The position numbers and the translations under genes are program-made. Shown here piece by piece: positions 25,117-38,959 of a stretch of 64,000 bases of DNA. Positions within the stretch are counted from its first letter, which is position 1, and each line of letters opens with the position of its first letter. The notes below the pieces were generated by a model. That model was not told where the DNA came from, ran no database searches, and saw nothing but the letters and a program-made list of their open reading frames with translations. The DNA comes from Octopus bimaculoides (taxonomy: Eukaryota): the NCBI RefSeq assembly GCF_001194135.2, contig NC_069002.1, positions 23,808,633 through 23,872,632 on the forward strand, given 5' to 3'.

Positions 25117-25369
25117 ACATATAAACATACTTATTCAAAAGAGTATAGACACCCCAGAAGAATGCATGGAAACATTTATTGAATTGGTAATGCATATAAA
25201 CCCAACATTTCAATGTAAAATTCTATCTGAGACATAACTGTTCTATGAATATTGCTATGATATATACATACATAAATGTGCACATATATACATATAGATA
25301 GATAGATAGACACACAAACATGTATATACTGTAGCAATATTCATAGAATAATTGTCTCATAGTCATAGA

Positions 25370-25432
<63 letters not shown>

Positions 25433-27179
25433 TGTATGTATGTATGTATGTACTTATGTTTGTATATATGTATATACATGTGTATATATGTATTATGAAA
25501 TCAGTGTGTATGTACCATTTGAGCTGGAAAATCAATTAGACTGCATGAGCAACTGAGGAAAAGTTTCCATCATTTTGTAGCATGAGTGAGGACTTTGTTA
25601 GCATGAGTTATCTTCAAATTTTGTACCAGAAGGGCACACGGCATTAAAACCTATTACTACACCATTTATTTCCAACCATAGATTCAATCAGTTCTTTCTG
25701 TTAATCTAATGCTTGATTTACAGACGTTGATTCACATGCTTATACTTCCATAATTCTAAATATGGTAGCGCCATCGAAATAGAATTAAACCAAGCAAAAA
25801 GATAGCAAAAACGAATTCGTTTCATTGGTAAAGTGTTCATTTGATCTGTGTCGGTGAGATAACTTTGTGATTTTATCTCCTATTGACTCTGAGTTTCAGT
25901 TTGATGTTGATATTGCTATCGAGTATGAAGTTAGCTGACCTAATGTCATGACCCATATTTCCTCTCTAGATTACTGGGTTAGACAAGGTCATGTGACAGC
26001 CACACTCACTCACATGATGTACATACATATCTGTATACGCAACTCTTGATACTGCAGCTGATTGAGCAAGCAATCTGTTAATCTCTTCATTAGTTTCAGC
26101 TTATTGTTCTTGCTCTTGCCATTATTGTTGTTGTTGTTGTTGTAAAACTGTATTTTGCTCTGCTTGAGAAATCTTGCACTATTGAAGTGGTTGATTGAAA
26201 ACAAAAGATAAAAAAAGAATATTCTCTGAGTGTTTATTTTCCATAACCATCAAGCCTCAAAATTCGGGACTTAAACATCGTGCCCCACCCATCCATCTGC
26301 CCAGTTTCAAATAAAGATTTAACAGAAACTGTGAAGTCAATTATTTGGAGATTTGGTTGCAACTTTAAGAATGAGGCTGGTTTTTGTTCTTTAACACTAG
26401 GATAATCCTAACTGAGCAGATGTATGATCAAAGGTGTTCCAGTCATGACCATCTCATATTGTTTTTCAGCATAGTGTATCTATGACTACATTATCCACTT
26501 TGTTCCGTTACATTTAAGACAACAGGGTGGAATTTGTGGGATATATGGCTGATTGAAGGATTTCTTTTTTTCCTGGTACTCAGAGTTAGTATAACTCCAT
26601 CAAACTGCTGTTGAGCCTAATCAATTCAAAGCTATGTTTTCCAGCTGTACTTAATTGCTTGGAGATGGATGAACATCAACTTAACTTACTCTTGACTCAG
26701 TGTTCACAGAGATAAAACTTCAGTGTTAACTTAATCACTTTAACATCACTTTAACCCTTTGAACTTCCAAGTATGCTTTTGTAGGTGTGGTTTTGTTTGA
26801 CTACACCCCTGGAAGATGCAAAAGAGACCACAATATGGTTTTGCGTTTCTGGCTCATTAATTAGTAGAAACATTATTATTTTCAGCCATACACATAAAAC
26901 TCTATAGCTACCCAGTTTTGTGGAAACTGAAATCATACCTGCTAAGGCGTATTTATGGGCTCAGAGTGTCAAGTATTGCAAGACTCAAGAATGAATATAG
27001 ATATCATATATGATAAGATCTTAAGAAGTTGGACCTCACAGAGGGGATGGCAGGAGACCAAGGCTCCTGGCAGTTTGCTGTGCTTGAGAAGATACATCAA
27101 GCTAAATAAAATCATAGTTGTCCTTACTTACAGACATGTCCCCTGCATCCCTCTCCAAGGTGAGCATTTCTAACGTTGT

Positions 27180-27460
27180 GGGCTCGTCGGTACTGGTGCC
27201 TTGTAAAAAGCACCTCTGCTGGCTCCATGTAAATGCACTTGTGCCGGTGCTACGTAAAAGCACCCAGTACATTTTTTTAAATGGTTAGGAAGGGCATGCA
27301 GCCATAGAAACCATGCCAAAACAGACAATTGGAGCCTGGACGACTCCTGTCAAAACATCTAACCCATACCAGCATGGAAAACGGACGTTAAATGATAATG
27401 ATGATGATGATGATGGTGATGGTGGTGGTGGTGGTGGCGGTGGTGGTGGTGATGATGATG
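27180..27460 (+). mobile_element. RTE-tail-derived short repeat
   Basis: gtgccggtgctacgtaaaagcacc...aacccataccagcatggaaaacggacgttaaatgat(gat)n, shared with the 60460-60645 tail. Confidence 0.75.
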
Positions 27461-28989
27461 ATGAACCAGTGTTTGACAAGATTCTGCCTGCATTTAAACT
27501 GAAAGTCATAAGTAATCACTTCAGCTAGAAATCAATGACCATAGCTTTGTATTGGGTCCTTTTTTTTTTTTTTTGCTGACTTTGTAGCTGTATCTCTCAT
27601 GTAGCTATTATTATTGATCTGTCTGGCACCACTATTTGCTTTTATAGACTTGGCTTATCTCTTTACTTCCCAATAATGTAACAATTGTGTTAATTAAAAT
27701 GTATGTTTGTTAAAGATTAAGATGTTATTTAACTAACCAAACAAAGAATAGAATTGCACTCATTTGATGCTAAAAATCTATTAATTTGATCTTGGATGGC
27801 AATATTCTTTGAATCACAAAAGCAATGGAGGAATTAAGAAGCAAAAAATAAAAAAAAGAAATCCAAGATAAAAAGAAATATAATCGTAACTAATGAAAAG
27901 AGATAAATTTGATTGTGCTTAAAACTTCGTCAGTCATTTAGATTGAGTTATTATTGTTTATTTGTTTTACTTTTTGTATTGAAAGGGATTATGAGAATAG
28001 AAGTGATTGTGACAAAGATATTACAGAATTGGTTCTATTTTAGCACAGACTTATAACAGGACTTGAATTCAGCAATTGATAAAAATAAAATATCAGTTAG
28101 TTGCATAATGTTCCCACTACTTACTGCAGGGGGTTGGTTCTGTTTACAGCTAGATGGACTGAGACAATATGAGTTACTATGTAACATAGTTGATTGGTTC
28201 TTTTTACAATCAGATGAACTGAGACTGTATGAGCTTATCTCCTGCATGCTGTAGAAGATGAGCACTTTTTACAGCTAGGTGGATTGATCCAATATGAGTG
28301 AAGGGTTGTCATATCTTTGATATGAATGAAACAAGTAAAAGAATGAATAAGTTCCTACAAAAGACCTTGTGTCTATTTGGCATTCAAATCCAAACAATTC
28401 TGATCTTAATTTTATCACAACTTCTGAGTTCAAATTCCACCATGGTTTAGCTTGGCCTTTCATCCTTTCAGAGTTGATACAATAAGTACTGGTTGTGTAC
28501 TGGGATCAATGCAATTGACTTGTCCCCTGACCAAAATTGCTGGCATTGTGCCAAAATTTGAAACCAATTTTATCACAGCTTGAATCAAAGTTGACACTTT
28601 CAAGTTTGTCCCTTAGTTCTTTCTAATTGTTAAAACTTAAAAGCCGAAACCTGTTGCATTTTCTCTGATTTGCTGCTTATTTGGTTAATATCTAGAATGG
28701 ATACCAAGCCATCAAGGAATATTGTCTTTGTTGTATGTAATTAGTTACTTAATCTCATGAAACTAAAGTTAAATTCTGAAACCTTTAGGATTTTAGAAAT
28801 CGTTTGGTAATAATGTAAAGAAAACAAGATAAGGTAAAGCTATGTGTGCTGTCTTATGTTACTGAGCTCATGTGACACAATATGTGGTCTTAAAATATAC
28901 ATTTTCTCTTTGTAACAGGATGATAGCAAATTACTTAAAACATTACACATATTTCTTGTTTGAATATAAATCTCTTGACATTTTTGATG

Positions 28990-30238
28990 TACAATGATTG
29001 TCTGTAAAGTTCATAGGCTGACCAAGAGACTCTCATGGAACGTGATCAAATGAGGTTCAATTTTCAATATAGTCCCCTTGTGGTTCTCACATTTTTCTAT
29101 TGCTGTTGCAGTGTTTGGATCCCATTGGGGAAGAAGCTTTCATCCTGTTGATCAAAAAAGTCATGAACAACAGATATGACTTCACCACTGTGATACTGGT
29201 TCCCAGCCAAGTGTTTTTTCATGTTGGGAAACATGATAGTTAGATGGAATGAAATCAGGAGAACAGGAAAGGTGATCAATTGGTTCAAAGCCACAGTCAT
29301 GCACAGCCACCATTAAAACTTAAAACTTGCACAGTGGATGAAGCAAGAACTCTTTCATCAATTTTCTTGGGCATTTGGTCTTGATAATCTTTCATAACTG
29401 CCTCAGCAAGTTGGTATAGTACTCTCCATTGATGGTGTGGCCTTTTCCATCCTGAAAAACTGAGGCCATTAACTTCCCTGCAGATGAAACAACACTGACC
29501 TTCTTTGGAGTAGGTAAGGGGGATGTTTCCACTGCATGGATTCTCTCTTTGTCTCTGGCCCCAAGTAATGACCTAAACAATTATTCTGGGTTAGGAAACA
29601 TTCAAGGAAACCAGCTGGATCTTCCTGAAACAATATTAGACTTTCCCATGATGTGAACTGCCTGGTGTGCTTTTGATCAGGGTTCAGATATGGCACCCAC
29701 CAAGCAGAAACCTTTGTCATGCCAAGTTCATTGTGCCAAATATTCTCAACTCTCTCATAGGATATGCTAATGGTATTGGCTATTTGATTTGTAGTCAATC
29801 ATGTGTTATCTATTACCATGTGGTGAACACCATTAATGTTTTCCTCTGCGGTGGCAGTTGCAGGACGTCCAGACAGTGAGTCATCTTCAAGACTCTCCTT
29901 TCCTCTCCTAAATTCAGCTGTCCACTTTTACACTATTGATAAAGCTGGAGTGGTCATCCCCAAATGTAGCAACCATATCAACTTGAATGTCCTTGGAGGC
30001 TAAACCATTTATCTGCAGGTACTTGATAACACCACGATGCCAAATTTTGTCAGTTTGTAAGACAAATCGATAGTAGTTCCTTTTGAAGTCTCTTTTGAAC
30101 AGTGAGATGTCAGTTTAACTGGAAAGAAACAATGCAGTTATTAATAAGAAGAGTTGAAATTAATGCATGCAAGATTTCACAGCTCTAGTATCACTCGTTC
30201 GTAGTTAGCCTATAAGCTTTTCAGCCTTGCCTCATGTA
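28990..30238 (-). mobile_element. Decayed mariner DNA transposon
   Basis: Degenerate TIRs (aaagttcataggctgacca versus the reverse complement aaagcttataggctaacta). Transposase remnants TKVSAWWVP, ETKRESMQWKH, PKK...SAGKLMASVF and KKHLAGNQY. Confidence 0.88.
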
Positions 30239-31056
30239 TGTATGTGTATACACACACACGAACACACACACACACACACACATTTCTGAGCATGATCAAA
30301 CAAAAAATAACATTCTGGAGCACTTTTCACTCACCTTTCTTTAGAAGATGTGTCAGTCTTTTATATTCTTTTACAGGAAGCCCACTACCACCACCACCAC
30401 CACCACCTAGCATTTTCACATTACAATTCTTTACAAATATTTCCTATCAAGTAGTGATGGACATGAATATCAATTTATAATGCTACAAATGTTTAGGGTT
30501 TTGCAGTCGCTCACTATAAACGTCTCCTTATCTGCAAAGATTTGCCAATCTCTACAACCTCTCGACTGAATTGCTTTTGTGTCTTGTCTCTAACGATGAC
30601 ACTCTCTCTTCTATCTGTTCTTGATTCATGATGATAATGCTATTGGTATGTTTCAAGAATATTCTTTTACTTATAAAGGCATTGATTTATTCCATCTCTA
30701 TTATCTGTCAAGATATTCTTTCCCACGGATACCATTGTCATTTGCTGACAATGTTGTGTACTGTTGGAAAGGTAACATCACTGAACGGACACTTTTAGGT
30801 TTCTGCTGCTGCTGTTTCTCATAATGGTAGTGGTAGAGGCACAGGCAGTGGTGGTGGTGATGGTGGCTGTGTTGATGATGATGACAATAAGGCATTGATT
30901 CTGGTGGTGGTGGTGGTGGTGGTTATGGTGATGATGATGATGATGCACATGACATCTTACCCAGAAAAACAGCTTAGTTGGCCATTTTCTCACACATCAT
31001 TGTATGTACATATGTGTGTGTATGTGAATATATGTATGTATATTTGTGTATGTGTA

Positions 31057-31087
<31 letters not shown>

Positions 31088-31795
31088 GCACACCCACGTG
31101 TGTGTATGTTTATGAATGTATGTATGTATATATGTATGTATGTATGCTCGTATCTATGTGTATCAATGTACATATTCATGTGTGAACATGTGTGTGTATG
31201 AATGTATGTGACATGTTGTTAGAGGTTGTAGTGGTGGTGCCAGCAGAGGTGGCCCTGGTGTTAATAGGAGCCACAACTGGGTGTCATGCCAAGTTCAAAA
31301 TTCTTCCTTTTCAACTAACACTTCGTGTCTTTAGACCAATAAATTGACAACTGTCAAGTTTTGAACTGCTTCATTGAACTCTCGCTGTTCTATTATTGAC
31401 AGAAAATTACCAAATCCAGTTGTCTTCATCAATTAGTATTCTTTGATTTTTTTTGTCTTTTTTGTGTATTTTATTTTTTTTTCCGTATTTTCCTAGCTTC
31501 AGTCATTGAAGTGCAGCCATGTTGGATCTCTATCTTCTGTGAGAGTTTTTAAGGAATTTTATTGGTTACAGACCTTTGTGCGTTTCTTATTTCATTGATT
31601 TCTGTGAGACACAGCTTGGTAGAAAAAGCACCATTATGTATTTTTAATTGATGTCGATTTTTTCAGCTGTCACATCACTCATATAAACACACACACACAC
31701 ACACATGCATGACTGCACACATACAATTGCTCACACATACAGACACACCCACACATTTAAAGGTATATATCTGTGTGTGTATACCTGTATGTGTA

Positions 31796-31826
<31 letters not shown>

Positions 31827-31869
31827 GGTAATGTGATTGCATGGTTTTGTTCAACTCAAAGCAAAATAA

Positions 31870-33410
31870 AGTAAAAATCTTATTTTAATACAATCTGACA
31901 TTTGATAATTATTGTCGGTCAGTATTTCTGAATCTTTTAGATAAGGCATTGGCATTTGCAAAGAGGTTTAAGAATATTTCACCTTTGGAAAGAGAGATAA
32001 CCCAAACTGCCAGAAAAACATTAATCTCATATAATGAACACTATTGAACCCATAGTGATATCCCTGATAATTTCGATGTTACGATGGGATCCTCTGATTC
32101 CACACAAATCACTGCCATAGTTGGGCTATTCTTATTATCAATTATTAAGGAGAAATTTCCAAATATTAGTGGGGCATTATATAGAGATGATGCTTTATTT
32201 GCTATTTTGAATTTTCCCTTATGAAAAATTGATAGGATTAGAAAACAATTAGGGTCTTTAAGGGATATAATTTAGATATCACCTTCAAAAACAGGTCTAA
32301 GATTGGGAATTTTTAGGCGTTACTCTGAACTTGGAAAATGGCCTATTCTATCCAGTATATCAACGTATCATCTAACCATCCAAAAAATGTCAGTAACAGC
32401 GTAATTAAAGGGGTATCAATTAGGATATCTAATCTATTTGCCAACAAGCAGATTTTTAATAAACACGCACACATGTATAACCTGGCCCTTATGAATAGTG
32501 GCTTTAATATGAAAATAATATACATAAAAAATACTGTGTTTAGAATTACCCAAATTTGGGTAATCTAAATATAGATATCCCATCTAACATTCACCCTCTT
32601 CAGTTAGGACAACAGTATTGATATAACATGAAAAATTAGAATTTAAATTATAATAATGGGGAGAATATTAATGTAAATAGGAAATTCTATAAAAAACAGC
32701 ACGTAATTAGGATATTATTTGGCTTACCCCCCACACACTTTTCGTTACAGGTTAAAAACCTCCCCCAGTTATTCTTTAGATTAATTGAGAATAATTTTCC
32801 TTCAACACATAGGTGCCACTCTATTATTAACAAATTGGCTCTGAAGTTTTCTTACTCCACAACATCGAACCTCAAATTGATTACTGCAACAAATAATAGG
32901 CTTAAAATACAAAATTTGACAAATACTAATAGTAACAAAGGATATAATTATAAAGAAATGGGTGGTCCTGTGAAAAAAGATGCAATTATCACCCCCAAAA
33001 TAATTGTCCATTAGATGATTAGTGTCTACACAACACTGTAGTATATAAATTTGAAGTGAATTCTTTAAATGAGGTTAATAAAGTATACATTGGAAATACT
33101 ACAAATTTCAAGATTAGATATAAGGCACATATGAATTCGTTTGTTAACAAGAATATGAAACATTCAACTGCTTTGGCTTTATATTTAAATAAATTAAAAA
33201 ATAGTAATAGAATATGCACCCTAAAATGGTTTATCATGGGGGAGTATATGCCATATAACACCCATACAAAATCCTGTAGACTTTATTTGAAAGAAGCCGT
33301 AAATATATTAAGAACAGATAAAAAATTATTGCTGAATAAGATATCCGAGGTTTTGATCTCATGTTGGCACAAGTTGCTATCAACTTTCAAAATTTTTAGA
33401 AAATAAAAAA
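31870..33410 (+). mobile_element. Penelope-like element, RT plus GIY-YIG, largely complete but decayed
   Basis: FDVTMGSSDS..IVGLFLL, LYRDDAL, INVSSNHP, and GIY-YIG ORF 33056-33406 KVYIGNTTNFKIRYKAH...STAL...CRLYLKE. Confidence 0.9.
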
Positions 33411-34099
33411 ATAATTTTTTTTTTTTTTTAAATAAAATGTTTTAAAATGCTAATTAAGTTCCCCAATATAGATCTCCACTCATCCTTATTTAGGCATATA
33501 ATTTAGTATAGGTATAAATATAATCTTGTATTTCTAGTAATCATTAGACATGCAACATTATGTTACACACACTGGACCGCTTAGAATTTTCATTTTTATT
33601 TTATTTTATTTTTTCCTTCATACTCATTTACAACTCTTTCACCTTTTCGTTATTTATTACCAAGTTATTGTGTGAAAAACTCTTTCTAAAAAAAACTTAA
33701 GCTTTAAAAAAAAACTTAACTTCAAAAAATTCTATCTCTAATGAAGGAAATGCGGCCACCAAAGTCAAAAGAATGAGTTTTTGCTTTGCATATTCCTTGA
33801 AATGATCGTAAGATATCTCACTTCATTATATTTTTATTTCATTCAAGGACAGTGTTAAATTGCCTTATTCTATTTAATTTTATTTCATTCAAGAACTATT
33901 GTAAATCTTTTAAATATCTCGCCTGCTCAATATTTTAATCTAAGTTATTTTATCTCATGTAATTTTCTGTATATATTGTGATCGCCCAACCTTGGGATTA
34001 TAATAAAAAATATATTTGGATATATTTGATTGTATTTCCAATTTGAATATGTATTGGTCAGACTAGGAAGATGATAAACTAATCTGTCTTCTCTCATAT

Positions 34100-34126
34100 A
34101 TATGTATATATGTGTGTATGTGTGTG

Positions 34127-34169
<43 letters not shown>

Positions 34170-34174
34170 ATGTG

Positions 34175-34213
<39 letters not shown>

Positions 34214-34453
34214 ATATGTATATATATGTATATATATACATATACACATGTATATGTATATATATTTATATATGTATATATATATGTATATGTACATGTA
34301 TATATGTGTATGTATATAGATGTATATATATATATGTGTGTGTGTGTGTATATATATGTGTATATATGTATATATATATATGTGTGTGTGTATTTATATA
34401 TATATGTAATATATATGTGTGTGTGTATGTGTATTTATATATATGTATATATA
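34100..34453. repeat. (TA)/(TG) compound microsatellite next to a gap
   Basis: Direct reading. Confidence 0.9.
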
Positions 34454-34622
34454 NNNNNNNNNNNNNNNNNNNNNNNNNNNNNNNNNNNNNNNNNNNNNNN
34501 NNNNNNNNNNNNNNNNNNNNNNNNNNNNNNNNNNNNNNNNNNNNNNNNNNNNNNNNNNNNNNNNNNNNNNNNNNNNNNNNNNNNNNNNNNNNNNNNNNNN
34601 NNNNNNNNNNNNNNNNNNNNNN

Positions 34623-34652
<30 letters not shown>

Positions 34653-34656
<4 letters not shown>

Positions 34657-35370
34657 GTTTGATCAATAAGTATCAATATGAAGTCTGATCAATAAGTGTC
34701 GCAATAGTAACAAAGCTAAAGCATGCAGAGTGAAGCTGCTTGACACATATTGACCTTAAATTCTGTTGTGCATGTGCACTAAGTTTTAACATTCTAGCTT
34801 ACTTCCAATGTTTACAGCAGTGCTTGGAAGTAACATGTGTAGTGTGTGTTTGGCACATCAACCATGACAGAGAAAGTTGAGCAGAGATCTGCATCAAATT
34901 TTGCCAAGAGCTTGGCAATACCTACTCAGTGACCCATGCAAAGCTTCCAAAAAGTTTTCATCATTCTCGATACTGGCAAGGAGATTTTGTGCAACTGAAA
35001 CCCAAGTGTATTTTTAGTCATCTGAAAGTAGATTTGGCACAAACTCGATAGGTATGCGTCTCACACCCAACTCTTCAGTGGTAATTGACTGAACTGAACC
35101 GTAACCAATCTGCACATCCTCTGATAACTTACAGATGATGATTCAATGATTTCTCCTTAGCTGCATGCACATCTGCGATGTTTTTCTCAGTTCTGCTAGC
35201 TGCACCTCTCTCAGAACTTTCATCATTATCAACATTTTTTCAGCCTTCTTGGAAATGTCTGAACCACTCGTACACTTGTGTGCAGCTCATACACTCCTCT
35301 CCATACACTTTCTGCAACTTTGTGTAAGCCTCTGAGCGGGTATCGCCATGTCAGCTTTCTCTGTCATACA

Positions 35371-35372
<2 letters not shown>
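34653..35372. mobile_element. Mariner-derived non-autonomous element with inverted duplicated 5' end, copy 1, right arm truncated
   Basis: TIR-like tgaggtttgatcaataagtatc. It shares the same internal junction as 41593-42474, and the minus strand encodes a transposase HTH remnant. Confidence 0.75.
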
Positions 35373-35417
<45 letters not shown>

Positions 35418-36288
35418 TATATATATANNNNNNNNNNNNNNNNNNNNNNNNNNNNNNNNNNNNNNNNNNNNNNNNNNNNNNNNNNNNNNNNNNNNNNNNN
35501 NNNNNNNNNNNNNNNNNNNNNNNNNNNNNNNNNNNNNNNNNNNNNNNNNNNNNNNNNNNNNNNNNNNNNNNNNNNNNNNNNNNNNNNNNNNNNNNNNNNN
35601 NNNNNNNNNNNNNNNNNNNNNNNNNNNNNNNNNNNNNNNNNNNNNNNNNNNNNNNNNNNNNNNNNNNNNNNNNNNNNNNNNNNNNNNNNNNNNNNNNNNN
35701 NNNNNNNNNNNNNNNNNNNNNNNNNNNNNNNNNNNNNNNNNNNNNNNNNNNNNNNNNNNNNNNNNNNNNNNNNNNNNNNNNNNNNNNNNNNNNNNNNNNN
35801 NNNNNNNNNNNNNNNNNNNNNNNNNNNNNNNNNNNNNNNNNNNNNNNNNNNNNNNNNNNNNNNNNNNNNNNNNNNNNNNNNNNNNNNNNNNNNNNNNNNN
35901 NNNNNNNNNNNNNNNNNNNNNNNNNNNNNNNNNNNNNNNNNNNNNNNNNNNNNNNNNNNNNNNNNNNNNNNNNNNNNNNNNNNNNNNNNNNNNNNNNNNN
36001 NNNNNNNNNNNNNNNNNNNNNNNNNNNNNNNNNNNNNNNNNNNNNNNNNNNNNNNNNNNNNNNNNNNNNNNNNNNNNNNNNNNNNNNNNNNNNNNNNNNN
36101 NNNNNNNNNNNNNNNNNNNNNNNNNNNNNNNNNNNNNNNNNNNNNNNNNNNNNNNNNNNNNNNNNNNNNNNNNNNNNNNNNNNNNNNNNNNNNNNNNNNN
36201 NNNNNNNNNNNNNNNNNNNNNNNNNNNNNNNNNNNNNNNNNNNNNNNNNNNNNNNNNNNNNNNNNNNNNNNNNNNNNNNNNNNNNNNN

Positions 36289-36405
36289 ATACCGAAATTT
36301 AAGAAATAGTAATTAAATACTATTCCACTACCATAATATATCTTGTGTGGGAGATATATTATGGTAGTGGAATAGTATTTAACTGCTATTTCTAAATTTC
36401 GGTAT
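36289..36405. repeat. Near-perfect inverted repeat, about 54-bp arms with 8-nt loop
   Basis: ataccgaaattta...ccataatatatct-tgtgtggg-agatatattatgg...aaatttcggtat, with two substitutions and one indel between the arms. Confidence 0.9.
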
Positions 36406-37859
36406 GTGGTGAAGCAATTTTGCTGAACCCTAATTACAATTATGCTTATAATTATAAAATTTATGTATAAGTTTACCGATAATGGTTCTTTTAACATACC
36501 GAACTACTTGGTAAAATTATTAATTATTAATTATTGATTTCACCCTTGATCAGTATATATATGTATGTGTATATGTATATATGTATGTATATATGTATGT
36601 ATGTGTGTGTATATGTATATGCATGTATATATATATATATATATATATATACANNNNNNNNNNGTGTGTATGTGTGTTTGTATGTGTACCTGTTCTAGTC
36701 ATTAGACTGTGGCCATGCTGGGGTATCATCTGGAAGAATTTTAGCCCAGGAAATTGACCCTAGTATTTATCTGTTAAGCCCAGTACTTATTGTACTGGTA
36801 TGGGATGCCAGACCATTAAGTTATGGAAATGTAAACATACCAACGCCAGTTGTCAAGAGTTCATAGGGGACTATCATGGAGAGAAAGACACATGCACACA
36901 TATACACACATTCACACATACACACAATCACACATGCACACATATTCTTTCAGTTTCTGTTTACCAAATCCATTCACAAGGCTTTTTCTCAGGCTGTGAC
37001 TATAGTAGAAGACACTTGTCCATGGTGTCATGCGGTGGGACTGAACCTGGAACCACGCAGTTGGGAAGCAAGCTTCTTACTACACAGCCACAATGTTATA
37101 ATTTGTTCTTTACTCTTTTGCTTGTTTTAGTCATCATTGGATTGCAGCCATAATGGGCCACCACATTGATGTGGTTTTAGCGAATTGCATTAATTGGATT
37201 ATTTACTGCAGCCTGGTACTGATTAAATTGATTTCTATTTATCACACTGCTATGTTATGGCTCATAAACACAGAAACCACTTTTTTTTAGCAAATCCAAA
37301 CCTAAACACCTATCATCCTCTCTTTCTCCCTCTCCCTGCTTGCAATATATATTGGATGCTCCAGCTGGTGGAGGTGTCCTCCTGGTTTTAAAACTAGCAG
37401 TAACATCGTTTCCTACAGAACAGCCATGTTTAAGTGGTGATAAGCATTAATTTTCAGTATAGTTACTACTTTCATCTCTTATAGAAATTTTCTAACGAGC
37501 TAATTTGTTATACACATACACACACATTTATATATATATATATATATATNNNNNNNNNNNNNNNNNNNNNNNNNNNNNNNNNNNNNNNNNNNNNNNNNNN
37601 NNNNNNNNNNNNNNNNNNNNNNNNNNNNNNNNNNNNNNNNNNNNNNNNNNNNNNNNNNNNNNNNNNNNNNNNNNNNNNNNNNNNNNNNNNNNNNNNNNNN
37701 NNNNNNNNNATTAAACTAAATGATTACTCTTTACTTTTTAGAAGTTTCATCTTGCTAACTTTCATCAGACTGAAATTAAACACACACACACACACACACA
37801 CAAACACACACACTCAAACACACACACACACACAAACACACAAAATAAAGGTGACTGGT

Positions 37860-38357
37860 TTTCTGATAATAATGGAGCAGCTCATTTTCAGTGAAGCAGA
37901 AGATGGCCTGTCAGTTGTCAATTTATTGGCCTATAGACACTGAAATGATATTTGAAGAAGAAGAAAATTAACTTGCTGTGACACTCAGTTGTGGGCCCAC
38001 TTAACACCAGGGCCACCTCTACCCATACCACCACCACCTGCACTGCTAAAAACACATTTAAATGTATATATAGGTTTACATATATAACATATTTCTCCAC
38101 AGAATGTAAAAAAAAAAGAATGACAAACAATTTTAGCCCCTTGCAGAAGGGAAGCAGCACTGACCACATCGAAATACAGTGTGTGTGTGAGCAGTGTGAC
38201 ATCTCACTCTGTGTGGAACCATATTTTCAAATATACCACCCTGAGAAGAAGAAGCTGTAAATACACTGTAAAATTCTTTGTATGAAAAATTATGTAGTTA
38301 CTGAACGGCCTAACACAGCACAGATTGTCAGTACTAAATACATCTGCAAAGGGTTAA
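37860..38357 (+). mobile_element. piggyBac-like transposon 3' end
   Basis: Cys-rich C-terminus CVCEQCDISLCVEPYFQIYH, then a terminus ending ...aaaggg|TTAA at 38353/38354-57. Confidence 0.7.
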
Positions 38358-38959
38358 TTGTATTTTCAACCTTATTGCATTCTCATCAGAGGTGCTAACA
38401 TCATTTGGACGAATTCCATAGAAATAAGTTTATACACTCAACAAAGCCAATAAGTACAGAGAAGTGCAGCTACTAATTTGCACATCATAAGTAGTAACGC
38501 TTTATTTAATTTCAGTAGCCTGTCAGTAAGGATATCAAGGTGCGATTAAATATATGCAAAGGCGCAGCTGTAGCTGTTTGGTAAGAAGCTTGATTCTGAA
38601 CCATATGGTTCTGGGTTCAGTCCATCTGCATGGTACCTATAGCCTCGGGCCGACCAAAGCTTTGTGAGTGGATTTGGTAGAAAGAAACTGAACAAAGCTG
38701 AACCAAATGACTGAACCAAGTAAAGGAATACAAGACACACAGACATAGCAATTGTAACTGTTTCTCTGGAAATTGAGAAAATAACAAACAGCCTTAATCA
38801 AATTTGAAGCCTTATTAGGTTCATTATATTTAATAGCAAGGGCCTAACAACATGGATCTCAGTTCACACAGTAGCAAGGTATGATATATAGGATTTTACT
38901 ACCTACGTTATAATTTTTGCAAGCAGTTTAATAATAGAAATTTATATAAAAAGAATAGA

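Noticed and set aside
28919-28965. Acceptor followed by DDSKLLKTLHIF, resembling INPP5F N-terminal DDSKFLLKT
   Set aside because: It is out of order relative to the 14336 exon, hits a stop, and has no good donor; likely coincidence.
33738-33775. HHR-like CTAATGAAGG downstream of the 31.9-33.4 kb Penelope
   Set aside because: No GAAA and no convincing stems.
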